A stretch of DNA of 60,030 nucleotides, counting the filler. It is 9 parts of 9 records of this genome, joined end to end, with 100 filler letters (N's around TTAATTAATTAA, not from the genome) between each part and the next. Parts side by side here need not be neighbours in the genome. Positions count along the whole stretch, not along the records: positions 1 to 6,630 come from SRR31156797_86950; positions 6,731 to 16,831 come from SRR31156797_86954; 7 more parts are not named here. One strand, given 5' to 3'. The position numbers and the translations under genes were made by a program. This document shows, one piece after another, positions 1-9,160 of this stretch. Under the pieces are notes generated by a model. It was not told the DNA's origin. It saw only the letters and a program-made list of their open reading frames with translations, and made no database searches. The first letter of the stretch is position 1. The number at the start of each line of letters is the position of its first letter.

Positions 1-1196
1 TCAATTTCATAGTCGTCGATCAGGTGGCCGACGGCGTTGCGGGGCGGACTATCGGACGTAAGCACCGAGAACTGCGTGTCCGAGCCTGCCAGTCGGCTAC
101 CTTCGAAAACCTTGAAAACGCCTCCCTTGTTGAGGGCGGCAAAAAGCGTAACGTCGCCTCGGCGTTCGACCAGCAGCTTGGCTTCTGGAAACCAAGTCCG
201 GCCTTCCGGTTGGGACCGGGCGGTCGGGCGCTCGGGCAAGAAATCCCGCCAGGCCAGCAAGTAATTCCAGGCATGGTGGCCGATGATATGGTCATCGCTG
301 AAACAGGGGCCTCGCCCTTCGGCCAAACCTTTCAGGTATGTGTCGTTGATGCTGAGCGCCGGTTGGTGCCAGCGTCCGACCAGTTCAAACCCGAACGGAA
401 AGTAGCTGTAAGTGTTCCGGCTGCCGTATTCGCCGCCATAGGTTCCGTCCGGATGGACGAAATGGCTGGCGAACTCGGTCGCCCGGATCAGTGATTTTTT
501 CAATCGCGTCGCATAGGCCGCATTTGGGCGCATGGAATGGAGCCATGCCAGAACCGAAATCGTCAGTGTCAGGTACCCGGGATCACATCCTTCGTATTCC
601 CAGAACCAACCTTCATCCGTCTGCCAGGACAGAACCAGATCGATCCTTTCTTCGGCTTTGCCGGCCCAACGGTTGGTTTCAAGAACCCGACCCGCCAATT
701 CGAGGCATAGGGCGATCAGCGCCTGATGATTGGAAAGGCGTCCGCTTTCGTGATGGTTGGCAAGCCAATCGGCGCGTTTGGCGAAGAATTCACGGCAGGC
801 TTCATCGTTCAGTTCCAGGGTTCGGTATGCTTCCAACGATGCCAGAAGCGAAAACGCAGCGGCGCCGCCGGCTCGTTCATAAGGGAAATAGTCGTCGCAG
901 GATCCATCGGAATGGGCCGATTTGGCGGCATATCTGATGCCCGCCAGAACCCAATCATGCAATGCGGGTTGGGCATGATATCGGTTGCCTGGGATGTCCA
1001 GGGCGTAGGCCAGCGCCAACGGCAGCACGAATTCCTGAGCCATGCCGCTGGGAAAGTCGATGATGCGGTAGTGCCAGTAGTTCCGGTCGAAGCAGCCATA
1101 GGTCGGGCTATGTCGATTGCGATCCTGCAGGGTCAGGATTTTCGGGATAAGGGCCAGACCCTCGCTGGCAAAAACCTGTCTCTGCGGTTGATCCAT
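1..1196 (-). CDS. Hypothetical protein (3'-truncated, at least 398 codons), possibly an alpha-helical toroid enzyme; absent from the ORF track
   Basis: Hand translation from ATG at 1196 gives MDQPQRQVFASEGLALIPKILTLQDRNRHSPTYGCFDRNYWHYRIIDFPSGMAQE...WQTDEGWFWEYEGCDPGY...HPDGTYGGEYGSRNT. I found no stop before the window edge. It starts 12 nt after the GT2 stop on the same strand. Confidence 0.85.
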   Translation of the reverse strand, partial: MDQPQRQVFASEGLALIPKILTLQDRNRHSPTYGCFDRNYWHYRIIDFPSGMAQEFVLPLALAYALDIPGNRYHAQPALHDWVLAGIRYAAKSAHSDGSCDDYFPYERAGGAAAFSLLASLEAYRTLELNDEACREFFAKRADWLANHHESGRLSNHQALIALCLELAGRVLETNRWAGKAEERIDLVLSWQTDEGWFWEYEGCDPGYLTLTISVLAWLHSMRPNAAYATRLKKSLIRATEFASHFVHPDGTYGGEYGSRNTYSYFPFGFELVGRWHQPALSINDTYLKGLAEGRGPCFSDDHIIGHHAWNYLLAWRDFLPERPTARSQPEGRTWFPEAKLLVERRGDVTLFAALNKGGVFKVFEGSRLAGSDTQFSVLTSDSPPRNAVGHLIDDYEI

Positions 1197-1208
1197 GCCG
1201 ACGATCCG

Positions 1209-2189
1209 TCAGGATTTCTTGGGGCGCTTTTTTTTCGGCGCCGGCAACAGGTCGGCCCGGCGCAACCGGTACTGGGTTTCTTCCAGGATCAGACGGTTGA
1301 CCGAAATCAGGTCGGCGACAAATCCGAGGACATAGAGCTGGAACCCTCCGAGCATGAGAATTGCCGCCAATATCAGACTTGGAACACGGGTGCGGCCCGG
1401 TTCCGGAAATAGCCAGAAATAGGTGAGCCAGCGAATACCCAGCAAAAATCCCAGGGAGAACGGGATCGTCCCGAGAACCAGAAAGAACCGCAAAGGCCGG
1501 TACACCATGAATATGCGAAGTATGATCAGCAATGACCGCGACACGTATGAGCGGATGCTTCGCATCAGGCGAGACGGTCTGAGATCGTCGTTGACGCGGA
1601 TCGGCACGGATACGACGGCCATTCCCTTTTGTCCGGCCTGAATGATGGTTTCCAACGTGTAGGTGTAATCGTTGAAAACATTGAGCCGTAGCGCAGACTC
1701 GCGGCTTATGGCACGAAATCCGCTCGGCGCATCGTCGACACGGGTTCCGCTTGTGGCGCGCACGACCCAGCTTCCCAAACGCTGGAGACGTTTCTTCAAA
1801 CCTGAAAAATGGGAGATATCCTCAATCGGCCGGGCACCGATCACGATGTCGGCGGTTCCATCAAGTATGGGGGCAACCAATTTGGCGACGTCCGCCCCAC
1901 AATACTGGTTGTCGGCGTCGGTATTGACGATGATATCGGCGCCGGCCCGCAAGCAGGCCTGAATGCCGGCCATAAACCCCTTGGCCAGCCCCTGGTTTCG
2001 CGGAAGATCGACAATATGGTGAACGCCGTGTTTCCGTGCGACATCCACAGTGCCGTCGGTACTGCCGTCGTTGATGATCAGGACCTCGATATCATCAATG
2101 CCGGGAATGTTTCGTGGCAGATCGTCGAGGGTTCTTCCCAGCGTCGCTTCCTCGTTGAAGCAGGGGATCTGGATGATCAGTTTGGTCAT
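1209..2189 (-). CDS. Glycosyltransferase family 2 (polyprenyl-phosphate sugar transferase-like) with two C-terminal TM helices
   Basis: IPCFNEE, INDGSTDGT, TDADNQY (DxD) and DAPSGFRA motifs. Confidence 0.93.
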   Translation of the reverse strand: MTKLIIQIPCFNEEATLGRTLDDLPRNIPGIDDIEVLIINDGSTDGTVDVARKHGVHHIVDLPRNQGLAKGFMAGIQACLRAGADIIVNTDADNQYCGADVAKLVAPILDGTADIVIGARPIEDISHFSGLKKRLQRLGSWVVRATSGTRVDDAPSGFRAISRESALRLNVFNDYTYTLETIIQAGQKGMAVVSVPIRVNDDLRPSRLMRSIRSYVSRSLLIILRIFMVYRPLRFFLVLGTIPFSLGFLLGIRWLTYFWLFPEPGRTRVPSLILAAILMLGGFQLYVLGFVADLISVNRLILEETQYRLRRADLLPAPKKKRPKKS

Positions 2190-2356
2190 CTAATTCCTGA
2201 CGGATTTTCTGCGCGGGTCACCATTTTGCGTGGGCGGAACATTAGCAGATTGGCGGAGTCGTTGTCAGGGCTGATATCGTGCACGGGGCGATGGCCTTGA
2301 AACTCCGTTCATCAATTTTTCCCTTTGGTTTGGGGCGGTCGGCTGCTTCCGTGAAT

Positions 2357-3280
2357 TCAAGCAAGGGTTTTTTGCACCGTGTCGACGATATGATCGGCCT
2401 TCAATCCGTAAATCTCCAGAAGGGCGTCCTGACTGCCGTAATTTTTGGGAAATTCGTTGGGAATTCCCAGTCGTTTGATCCGGGGAATCAGTATTTCCAA
2501 TTGGTCGGCCAGTATTTCAACGACAGCTGATCCCAGACCACCTGTCAGAACATGCTCTTCGACGGTGACAATCAACTGGACCTTTGGTGCCAATTCCAGC
2601 AGGGCGGTGGAATCGAAGGGCTTGACCGTATGAACGTTCAGAACCCCGCATGAGATTCCCTGTGATTCAAGAGTACGGGCGGCATCCAGTGAATGACTGG
2701 CCATGATGCCTGTCGAAACGATCAGAACGTCGCCCGGTTCCCGGAGCAGAACGGATTTTCCGATTTCGAACCCGTCTTTTTCGCGCGAAACAATCGGATC
2801 GCCGCCTTTGCCCAGGCGGATATAGATGGGGCCCGGCCAGTCCAGAGTCTGGTTCATCAATCGCCGCATTTCATCGGCGTCGGCCGCACAAACGATGGTC
2901 ATGTTCGGCAGTGCGCGCAGGATGGCGATGTCTTCGATGGCCAAATGCGTCGGTCCCAACGGCGCGTAAACGAGGCCACCGCCATTGCCGATGAGACGAA
3001 CCGGCAGGTTGTGAAGGCAAAGGTCGAGGGCGACTTGCTCAAAACAACGCCGGGTAATGAATGGCGCGATGGTATTGACGAACGGAATGAAGCCTTCCAT
3101 TGCCAAACCGGCCGCCATGCCGATGATGTTTTGTTCCGACACGCCTTCCATGAACCAGCGGTCCGGCATTTGGCTTTTCATGTCGTCCAAAAGGCCGGCT
3201 CCCAGGTCCGAGCCGATAAAGACAACCCGTTCATCCCTCTTGGCGAGTTCGTAAACCATCTCTATGCAGGTTTTTCGCAT
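2357..3280 (-). CDS. Transketolase, C-terminal (pyrimidine-binding) subunit
   Basis: GVSEQNIIGMAAGLA, GPTHLAIED and VEEHVLTGGLGS motifs; ATG at 3280 overlaps the upstream stop (TGATG). Confidence 0.92.
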   Translation of the reverse strand: MRKTCIEMVYELAKRDERVVFIGSDLGAGLLDDMKSQMPDRWFMEGVSEQNIIGMAAGLAMEGFIPFVNTIAPFITRRCFEQVALDLCLHNLPVRLIGNGGGLVYAPLGPTHLAIEDIAILRALPNMTIVCAADADEMRRLMNQTLDWPGPIYIRLGKGGDPIVSREKDGFEIGKSVLLREPGDVLIVSTGIMASHSLDAARTLESQGISCGVLNVHTVKPFDSTALLELAPKVQLIVTVEEHVLTGGLGSAVVEILADQLEILIPRIKRLGIPNEFPKNYGSQDALLEIYGLKADHIVDTVQKTLA

Positions 3281-4122
3281 CAGCGTGTTTCCAGATCGTC
3301 GTAGAGGGCTTGGATTTCTTCGGGCGGAAGATAGGATTTGTGGTGCCAAACGGGATTGTGCTCGGCGGCAGAAAGCCCCTTTCCCTTAACCGTGTGACAG
3401 ATGACGGCGCCCGGTTTGCTGCTCGATAAGGGTGCCGAACCAAGAATTCGGCGAAGTGAGGCGACGTCGTGTCCGTCGGTTTCCACCACCTCGAAACCGA
3501 AAGCCCGCCATTTGTCGGCAAGCGGATCCAATGGCATGACTTCGGCAACCGGGCCGTAGGACTGAATTTTATTGTAGTCGACCATTACGGTCAGGTTGGA
3601 AAGCCGGTGTTTGCTGGCGGACAGCGCCGCTTCCCAAATCGACCCTTCGTTGGTCTCACCGTCGCCCGTCAGGACGAAGACTTTTGTGTCGGTTCGCTTC
3701 ATCTTCGCCGCGAGGGCCATTCCGACGCCGATCGGCAGTCCGTGGCCCAATGCGCCTGTGGAAGCTTCAACGCCGGGAATTTTGCCCCGTTCGGGGTGGC
3801 CGCCAAGGAACGAATCGGTGTGGCAAAATCGCGACAGTTCGGAAACCGGGAAGTATCCCTTGTCGGCGAGCACGGCATAGAGGGCGAGGCACCCGTGCCC
3901 CTTGCTCAGGATGAACCGATCCCGTCCCGGCCATCCCGGGTTTTCGGGATCGTGGCGCAAGACATCGTCATACAAAACCCGAAGGATTTCGACCGGCGAC
4001 ATCGCAGGACCGACATGTCCGCGCCCGCCCCCTTCAATCGCTTGAATGACGAGGCGTCGGAGAAACCTGGATCGTTCGTCCAGGGAAATCGGGGCTGGAT
4101 CATCCGGTTTGCTAGTCGCCAT
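3280..4122 (-). CDS. Transketolase, N-terminal (ThDP-binding) subunit
   Basis: DRFILSKGH, STGALGHGL, ThDP motif GDGETNEG...DYN, TVKGKG. Confidence 0.93.
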   Translation of the reverse strand: MATSKPDDPAPISLDERSRFLRRLVIQAIEGGGRGHVGPAMSPVEILRVLYDDVLRHDPENPGWPGRDRFILSKGHGCLALYAVLADKGYFPVSELSRFCHTDSFLGGHPERGKIPGVEASTGALGHGLPIGVGMALAAKMKRTDTKVFVLTGDGETNEGSIWEAALSASKHRLSNLTVMVDYNKIQSYGPVAEVMPLDPLADKWRAFGFEVVETDGHDVASLRRILGSAPLSSSKPGAVICHTVKGKGLSAAEHNPVWHHKSYLPPEEIQALYDDLETR

Positions 4123-4253
4123 TCAAGGCCTCCAATTGATCCGAGTTTGTTAGTTCGGTCGTCTATTCCAGGCGGAAAGGAAATCTAACACTATGGCGAT
4201 TACAGACACAGTGAATCGGCTCTTTGCAACCTGTGCAATCAATACCCGCAGCA

Positions 4254-4877
4254 TCAAGCGCCGACGTCAAATATGGCTTTTTCGATCTCTTGCCAGGTTC
4301 GAAAGGCATTGAACGGCCCTTCCGGCAACCTGGAAGCGCTCCCGCCCAGAAGAAAGCGTTCCGTGTCTTCAGGAAAACCCGGCTCCGTCAGAACTTCCTC
4401 CAGATCATCGATGAAGTGGGTGCATCCAAGTTTGGCGATTCGTTGGATTTTTCTCTCACGCGTGGCCTCGAAAAATACGTTCTCACGCAACAGACTAAGG
4501 CCGGTAGGGTTAAAAAAGCCCTTCGCATCCATCCATTGAAGCGCGGTTTGGCGGAGGTTGATTCGATTGGGATCCAAATGTCCAAACTCGGTTTTGTGGC
4601 TGACGATAAAGACTTCGGCTTTGGATCGCTTGCATCGATGCGCGAAGCTCTCGAAACCGTCAATCATGTTCGCCGAGTGCATATACCGCCCGTAAACACG
4701 GCTTTGCAGTCGTATCCAATCGGTTTCTCCGTCGCTACGGCTTTTTATGAGGTCCCGCACCTCCCTCTTGGCAAGGCCGGTTTGTGCCGATTTGATCAAG
4801 CCTTCTGTGCAAGCGACAGTCGTAAAAACCCCGTCATAACCGGCAATCGTATTGTCAAAATCGACGCCTATTCGCAT
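4254..4877 (-). CDS. HAD-superfamily hydrolase-like protein
   Basis: N-terminal motif I (RIGVDFDNT) and late FIDD motif IV; start chosen at MRIGV. Confidence 0.75.
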   Translation of the reverse strand: MRIGVDFDNTIAGYDGVFTTVACTEGLIKSAQTGLAKREVRDLIKSRSDGETDWIRLQSRVYGRYMHSANMIDGFESFAHRCKRSKAEVFIVSHKTEFGHLDPNRINLRQTALQWMDAKGFFNPTGLSLLRENVFFEATRERKIQRIAKLGCTHFIDDLEEVLTEPGFPEDTERFLLGGSASRLPEGPFNAFRTWQEIEKAIFDVGA

Positions 4878-5052
4878 CACCATTTGGCGGTTTTCCATTC
4901 GGTCATTGCCGACGATGCGCATTCTAGCGGAAATGTGCTGATAGGTTGATGCAACAGTTTGCAACAGGGCTTGTTCGTAGGCTGCGAAGTTGTATGAGGT
5001 GTAATTTTACCTGGGCTGCCAGTTCTTTCAATTTTCAGTCTGACAAAGAGCC

Positions 5053-6630
5053 CTATTTTAGCGGTTCAGGTTGGCATTCCCAGTTGCTGACGCGCCAGAT
5101 TGCAGTTTCCCGAGGACCAGTGCGGTAGTTCGGTAAGGTGCGCGACGTGTGCCAGGTGGTCTTGAACTTCTTTGCGATCGTTAAACAGCTTCTCTTTTCC
5201 AATTCCAATATGGCCCAATAGATTGAATCTGTTGGTACATGGTCGTCGAGCATGCGATGGCTGATGACATGAGTGAATCCACCATCCACAAGTTGATCGA
5301 ACAACTGTCCCGGACCGACTTTTCCCGGCCTAGCTTCGATGGTCTTTTGAAAGTAGGGGAAGACGAAGAACGTCGGTGCCTGTGAATAATAAATAAACTG
5401 CCTTTGCAAAGCCATTACCCGACGAGGTGTTTCGTTGGTGTTGAGCCAGGCAACGGCGTCGTAGTCGTTTACATTCTTGCGCAAGAATTTTTGGCGATCG
5501 CCGCCCGATGCCGCGAATTCGATGAAGGGCCGGACGAAAAAACCTGCGGCTGCGAAATTTACGGACAGCGCCACGATAAACGCCAGGGCCAGTGGTCGTG
5601 CGGCGGATGTGCCGCCAACGCGCTTGGCCACGACCGACAGGCAAAGGACGAGCGGTGGGATTACGGGTATCAAATGACGGACTTTCGGAATGCCGCCAAA
5701 TTGCAGCCAAAGAAGATAAAACGCGGCTACGGCCAATGCGACCGGACCCAAAGCACTTGTCCGGACACGGTGGCGATAACGCCAAAACCCGTAAAGCGAG
5801 ATGGGAGCAATCATCAGGAAGAAAGGCCCCAGCCCGACCCGCCCGGCTTCGATTGCGAAAGAGGGAAACAAGGTTGCGATGACAGGAAATGCCAGCCATC
5901 GTTCCCACCATTCGAGCGCTGCTGCGCGAGCCGCCATCATGGTCGAGAAGTCGGCAGCGTATCCTGTATCCCAAATTGGACCGTCCGGCAATCCCAATAG
6001 GTTAAACAGGGCGGGGAATATCGGATCCCCGGTATGCAGGAAGTTCCAACCATACCATTGCCCGGCGACGATCATTGCAACCACTGAAAAGACAACGCAT
6101 CGACGGAGCCAGCCTGAACCCAAAAACAACAAGGTTATTCCGACTGCCGCCATAAAAAGTAGACCCGTATACTTGGATCCAGCGTAAAAACCGGCTCCCA
6201 AGCCGATCAAAATAATGGCTGGCAGGTTTTCCCGCCCTCGTGCATGAAGCAGTCCGAAGACGGCAATCAGAACAAAAAGCGCAAGTCGCGCTTCAACCTG
6301 GCCGGAACCTGCCCCATAGATCATTGCCGGCAAGGTTTGGAATAGAATTGCGATGGCCAACGACCAAGTTAGGCCCAACCAGCGTCTGGACAAGGCGAAC
6401 AGTAAGACCGACGCCCCCCAACCAGACACAAAGGTCCAGAGCGTAAGCGCCAACTCACCGCCCATCGAATAGGCCGCAACGTAGGTCATGTGAACGAGAA
6501 GGGGAACCGCGCCGTCCAGGGCGCGAGGAATGAAGTAGATGGAACCGGCTTCAGAGAACCGTCGCGCTAGATCGAAATGATAGGCCAGCGAGTCGGCTTC
6601 GACAGGTGGTGCCAAGGCCTCGAAACCATC
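5053..6630 (-). CDS. Polytopic GT-C-type (ArnT/PMT-like) membrane glycosyltransferase, 5'-truncated
   Basis: Many TM segments, DSLAYH loop motif, GSKYTG, NFLHTGDPIFP; frame is open to the contig edge at 6630. Confidence 0.65.
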   Translation of the reverse strand, partial: DGFEALAPPVEADSLAYHFDLARRFSEAGSIYFIPRALDGAVPLLVHMTYVAAYSMGGELALTLWTFVSGWGASVLLFALSRRWLGLTWSLAIAILFQTLPAMIYGAGSGQVEARLALFVLIAVFGLLHARGRENLPAIILIGLGAGFYAGSKYTGLLFMAAVGITLLFLGSGWLRRCVVFSVVAMIVAGQWYGWNFLHTGDPIFPALFNLLGLPDGPIWDTGYAADFSTMMAARAAALEWWERWLAFPVIATLFPSFAIEAGRVGLGPFFLMIAPISLYGFWRYRHRVRTSALGPVALAVAAFYLLWLQFGGIPKVRHLIPVIPPLVLCLSVVAKRVGGTSAARPLALAFIVALSVNFAAAGFFVRPFIEFAASGGDRQKFLRKNVNDYDAVAWLNTNETPRRVMALQRQFIYYSQAPTFFVFPYFQKTIEARPGKVGPGQLFDQLVDGGFTHVISHRMLDDHVPTDSIYWAILELEKRSCLTIAKKFKTTWHTSRTLPNYRTGPRETAIWRVSNWECQPEPLK

Positions 6631-6730
6631 NNNNNNNNNNNNNNNNNNNNNNNNNNNNNNNNNNNNNNNNNNNNTTAATTAATTAANNNNNNNNNNNNNN
6701 NNNNNNNNNNNNNNNNNNNNNNNNNNNNNN
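6631..6730. other. Artificial contig spacer (N44-TTAATTAATTAA-N44)
   Basis: Identical 100-nt linker with stops in all six frames; occurs eight times. Confidence 0.99.
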
Positions 6731-6909
6731 TCGCCTCTTAGCTTATCTATATTTTTAAATTTTGGAAGATAGGAAAAGTAGATGAACGATCCGATAAGCA
6801 ATAGGATGATGACGGCACAAATTGAAATCCTTTGGATTTTTGAAAGCTGTTCCAGCTTTTCATAAATCGGATTCACTTTTTCAATAGAAACTGCGTTGCC
6901 CTTTTTCAT
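6731..6909 (-). CDS. pilO: Type IV pilus assembly protein PilO (N-terminal fragment)
   Basis: Follows pilN with a 4-nt overlap; N-terminal TM helix; truncated by the contig edge. Confidence 0.8.
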
Positions 6910-7487
6910 TTCCTTGATACCACCTGTTCGGTTTTTTCTTTAGGGGTCGCTTTTTTACATTTGATGTTGAACTTTTTGAGCTCTAATCCCTTGACGGAAG
7001 TATCCTGGTTGATGGAGACTAATTTTACATTGTCATATCTGTTTGATGATTCGATGCGCGTCATATATTCGGCAACCGTAGGATTGTCCAAAGCAACACC
7101 CACCATGGTTATATCACCTGACTTTTCCTCGAGGATTGTAAGCCACATCCGCTCTGCAACAATGAACCTGGATACGTCGTCAAGCAATTCAACGGGGGCT
7201 TTTCGAATCAAGTCAAGAGACTCAATGACTTCAATCTTTTTAGTGAGCGTCTCGAGCTTCTTCTTTATTTCAGCAATCTCTTTGTTGATTTTATTATATT
7301 TTTCAACTTTCTTCTGTGTCTCGGCAATTTCGGTGTTCAATGCCTTTATTTTGCCTGACAACATATAATTAAACCAGGTAGCAAGGATGATTGCCAGGAC
7401 AAGGGACAACAGAAAGATGGAAACCTGCTTCCTGATATTCTCCTTTTTTCTGGCTGCTCGAAATGGGAGTAAATTAATACGTATCAT
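6906..7487 (-). CDS. pilN: Type IV pilus assembly protein PilN
   Basis: MIRINLLPFR (INLLP PilM-binding motif), TM helix, coiled coil. Confidence 0.95.
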   Translation of the reverse strand: MIRINLLPFRAARKKENIRKQVSIFLLSLVLAIILATWFNYMLSGKIKALNTEIAETQKKVEKYNKINKEIAEIKKKLETLTKKIEVIESLDLIRKAPVELLDDVSRFIVAERMWLTILEEKSGDITMVGVALDNPTVAEYMTRIESSNRYDNVKLVSINQDTSVKGLELKKFNIKCKKATPKEKTEQVVSRK

Positions 7488-8560
7488 TTATCATCAACTC
7501 TTCTCGTTGCCAGCCCCATGCTGATGGAAGCCTGAGGGGCGATTCGTTTGAGGAACTCTACGTCAAACCGGTTGCTGTCAACGTTCAACCCGTTAAAAGG
7601 ATTAATCGTAGCAACTTCGGCAGAGGTTTCAGTAGAAAGTAGCTGCCTTAATTCCTGTATGTTTCCGCCACCACCGCTTAGTATGATCTTCTGAATATGG
7701 TCATCAGGGTAGGTTGAATAAAAGAAATCCAAAGCACGCCTGATTTCAGTACACCAATCAGAAACCACGGATGTAACAATGCCGGAGAGATCATTGGCAG
7801 TAATTTTATCCGTTTCGTTACCAAATTTGATCTGTTCCGCCTCATCCAGTGAACAGTTGATCAATGATGCGATTTTACGGTTGATTTGCCCACAACCGAG
7901 AGAGACATCCCTCATAAAGACCGAATTTGTTCCTTTTAAGATATTTAAGGATGTTTTACTCGCCCCTATATCGATCAGTGCTAAGTTTTCATCGGTTGAG
8001 GGCGTTTGATCCTCCTGGATAGGATGCGTCATCTCATATATGTTTTGAAGTGCAAAGGCATCCACATCGATAATGCATGGATTCAACCCTGCCATCTGAG
8101 CGATGTTGACATAGTCATTCACCATCTCCTTTTTCGCTGCCACCAAAAGCACATTCATCTGGTTGGGGTTATTTTCATTTTCACCCAGAATCTGAAAATC
8201 CAAATTGACATCTGAAATATCGAAAGGAATGTATTGCTCGGCTTCGAAACTGATGGTCTCTTGAAGCTGCTCTTCCGAAACGGCTTGAACATTAATTTTT
8301 TTTACAATTACGGAATAACCGCCAATGGAGAGAGCGACATTGTTCCCTTTGATGTTATAATTCCTGAACAACTGCCGGATTGTTTCAGAGACTTGTTCCG
8401 CATTTTTAATCGTCCCATCTTCAATCAATCCAGGTGGAATTTCAGCGATTCCGAATCGTTCTAACGTGAATCCCTTTTTTGATTCGGATATGATTGCCGC
8501 TTTAATGGATCTCGATCCGATGTCAAGGCCGATGAGCTTATTGTTTTTTCCAAAAACCAT
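7484..8560 (-). CDS. pilM: Type IV pilus assembly protein PilM (actin-like)
   Basis: IGLDIGSRSIK, EAEQYIPF, IDIGASKT and ILSGGG motifs. Confidence 0.96.
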   Translation of the reverse strand: MVFGKNNKLIGLDIGSRSIKAAIISESKKGFTLERFGIAEIPPGLIEDGTIKNAEQVSETIRQLFRNYNIKGNNVALSIGGYSVIVKKINVQAVSEEQLQETISFEAEQYIPFDISDVNLDFQILGENENNPNQMNVLLVAAKKEMVNDYVNIAQMAGLNPCIIDVDAFALQNIYEMTHPIQEDQTPSTDENLALIDIGASKTSLNILKGTNSVFMRDVSLGCGQINRKIASLINCSLDEAEQIKFGNETDKITANDLSGIVTSVVSDWCTEIRRALDFFYSTYPDDHIQKIILSGGGGNIQELRQLLSTETSAEVATINPFNGLNVDSNRFDVEFLKRIAPQASISMGLATRRVDDK

Positions 8561-8571
8561 TATTTTCTCTT

Positions 8572-8778
8572 TTATTCGCCAAATATTTTTTTACTGTCTG
8601 AAAGATTATATCCGAGAGCCAGCAATATTTTTCTTTTGGTTGCCAGCCTACAAGGTTTGCCCTCCTCAATCCTTGAAATCGTAATCGGGGAGAGATCCGC
8701 CTCTTTCGCCAACTCCGACCTACTCATCATGAGCGATTCTCGTACTTGTTTCAGTGCTGTTTTCGCAATTCTATCCAT
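8572..8778 (-). CDS. Small XRE-family helix-turn-helix protein heading the pilMNO operon
   Basis: RESLMMSRSELAKEADLSPITISRIEEG HTH pattern; stop lies 11 nt before the pilM start. Confidence 0.85.
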   Translation of the reverse strand: MDRIAKTALKQVRESLMMSRSELAKEADLSPITISRIEEGKPCRLATKRKILLALGYNLSDSKKIFGE

Positions 8779-8871
8779 CGTTGGATGCCAATTCCTCAAT
8801 CATTTCGGTTTCCGCTTTATTGTGACCCCTATTTCCATCCATTGATTGATGACCTTGTTCGATTAAAATTA

Positions 8872-8887
8872 TACATAATTATATGTA
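8872..8887. promoter_or_regulatory. Palindrome TACATA-N4-TATGTA, candidate operator
   Basis: Perfect 6-bp inverted repeat upstream of the XRE gene. Confidence 0.4.
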
Positions 8888-9000
8888 GTTAAAAATAAAT
8901 AATAGCCAATGACCCGATTTGTCGCTATTGTGATGTTTGACATGGACTTCAGGTTTTTTTATATGGCTGTATCACCATCCTTGTTGAATGGTTACTAACC

Positions 9001-9027
9001 CAATCGGCAATGGTATAAAAAACTTTA
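9001..9027 (-). promoter_or_regulatory. Sigma28 (FliA)-type promoter facing HTH-pilMNO
   Basis: Minus strand reads TAAAGTTT-N11-GCCGATTG against the consensus TAAAGTTT-N11-GCCGATAA. Confidence 0.7.
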
Positions 9028-9160
9028 ACAATATTTGAATCGCTGGAAGAGGTGAATCTGGCAAAATTGTCAATCCATAGGTTTGATGTCATCGCCCAAA
9101 CCTGGCCGGTTGGCGTGGCCCTATCGGGTGACCTAAACGCGGTTTACTGAATCGAGTACT

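Noticed and set aside
20-1412. Track ORFs 24..494, 491..937, 726..1412 (+) and 20..295, 809..1099 (-)
   Set aside because: Shadows of the minus-strand frame 1196 to the window edge and of the GT2 gene; no recognisable motifs.
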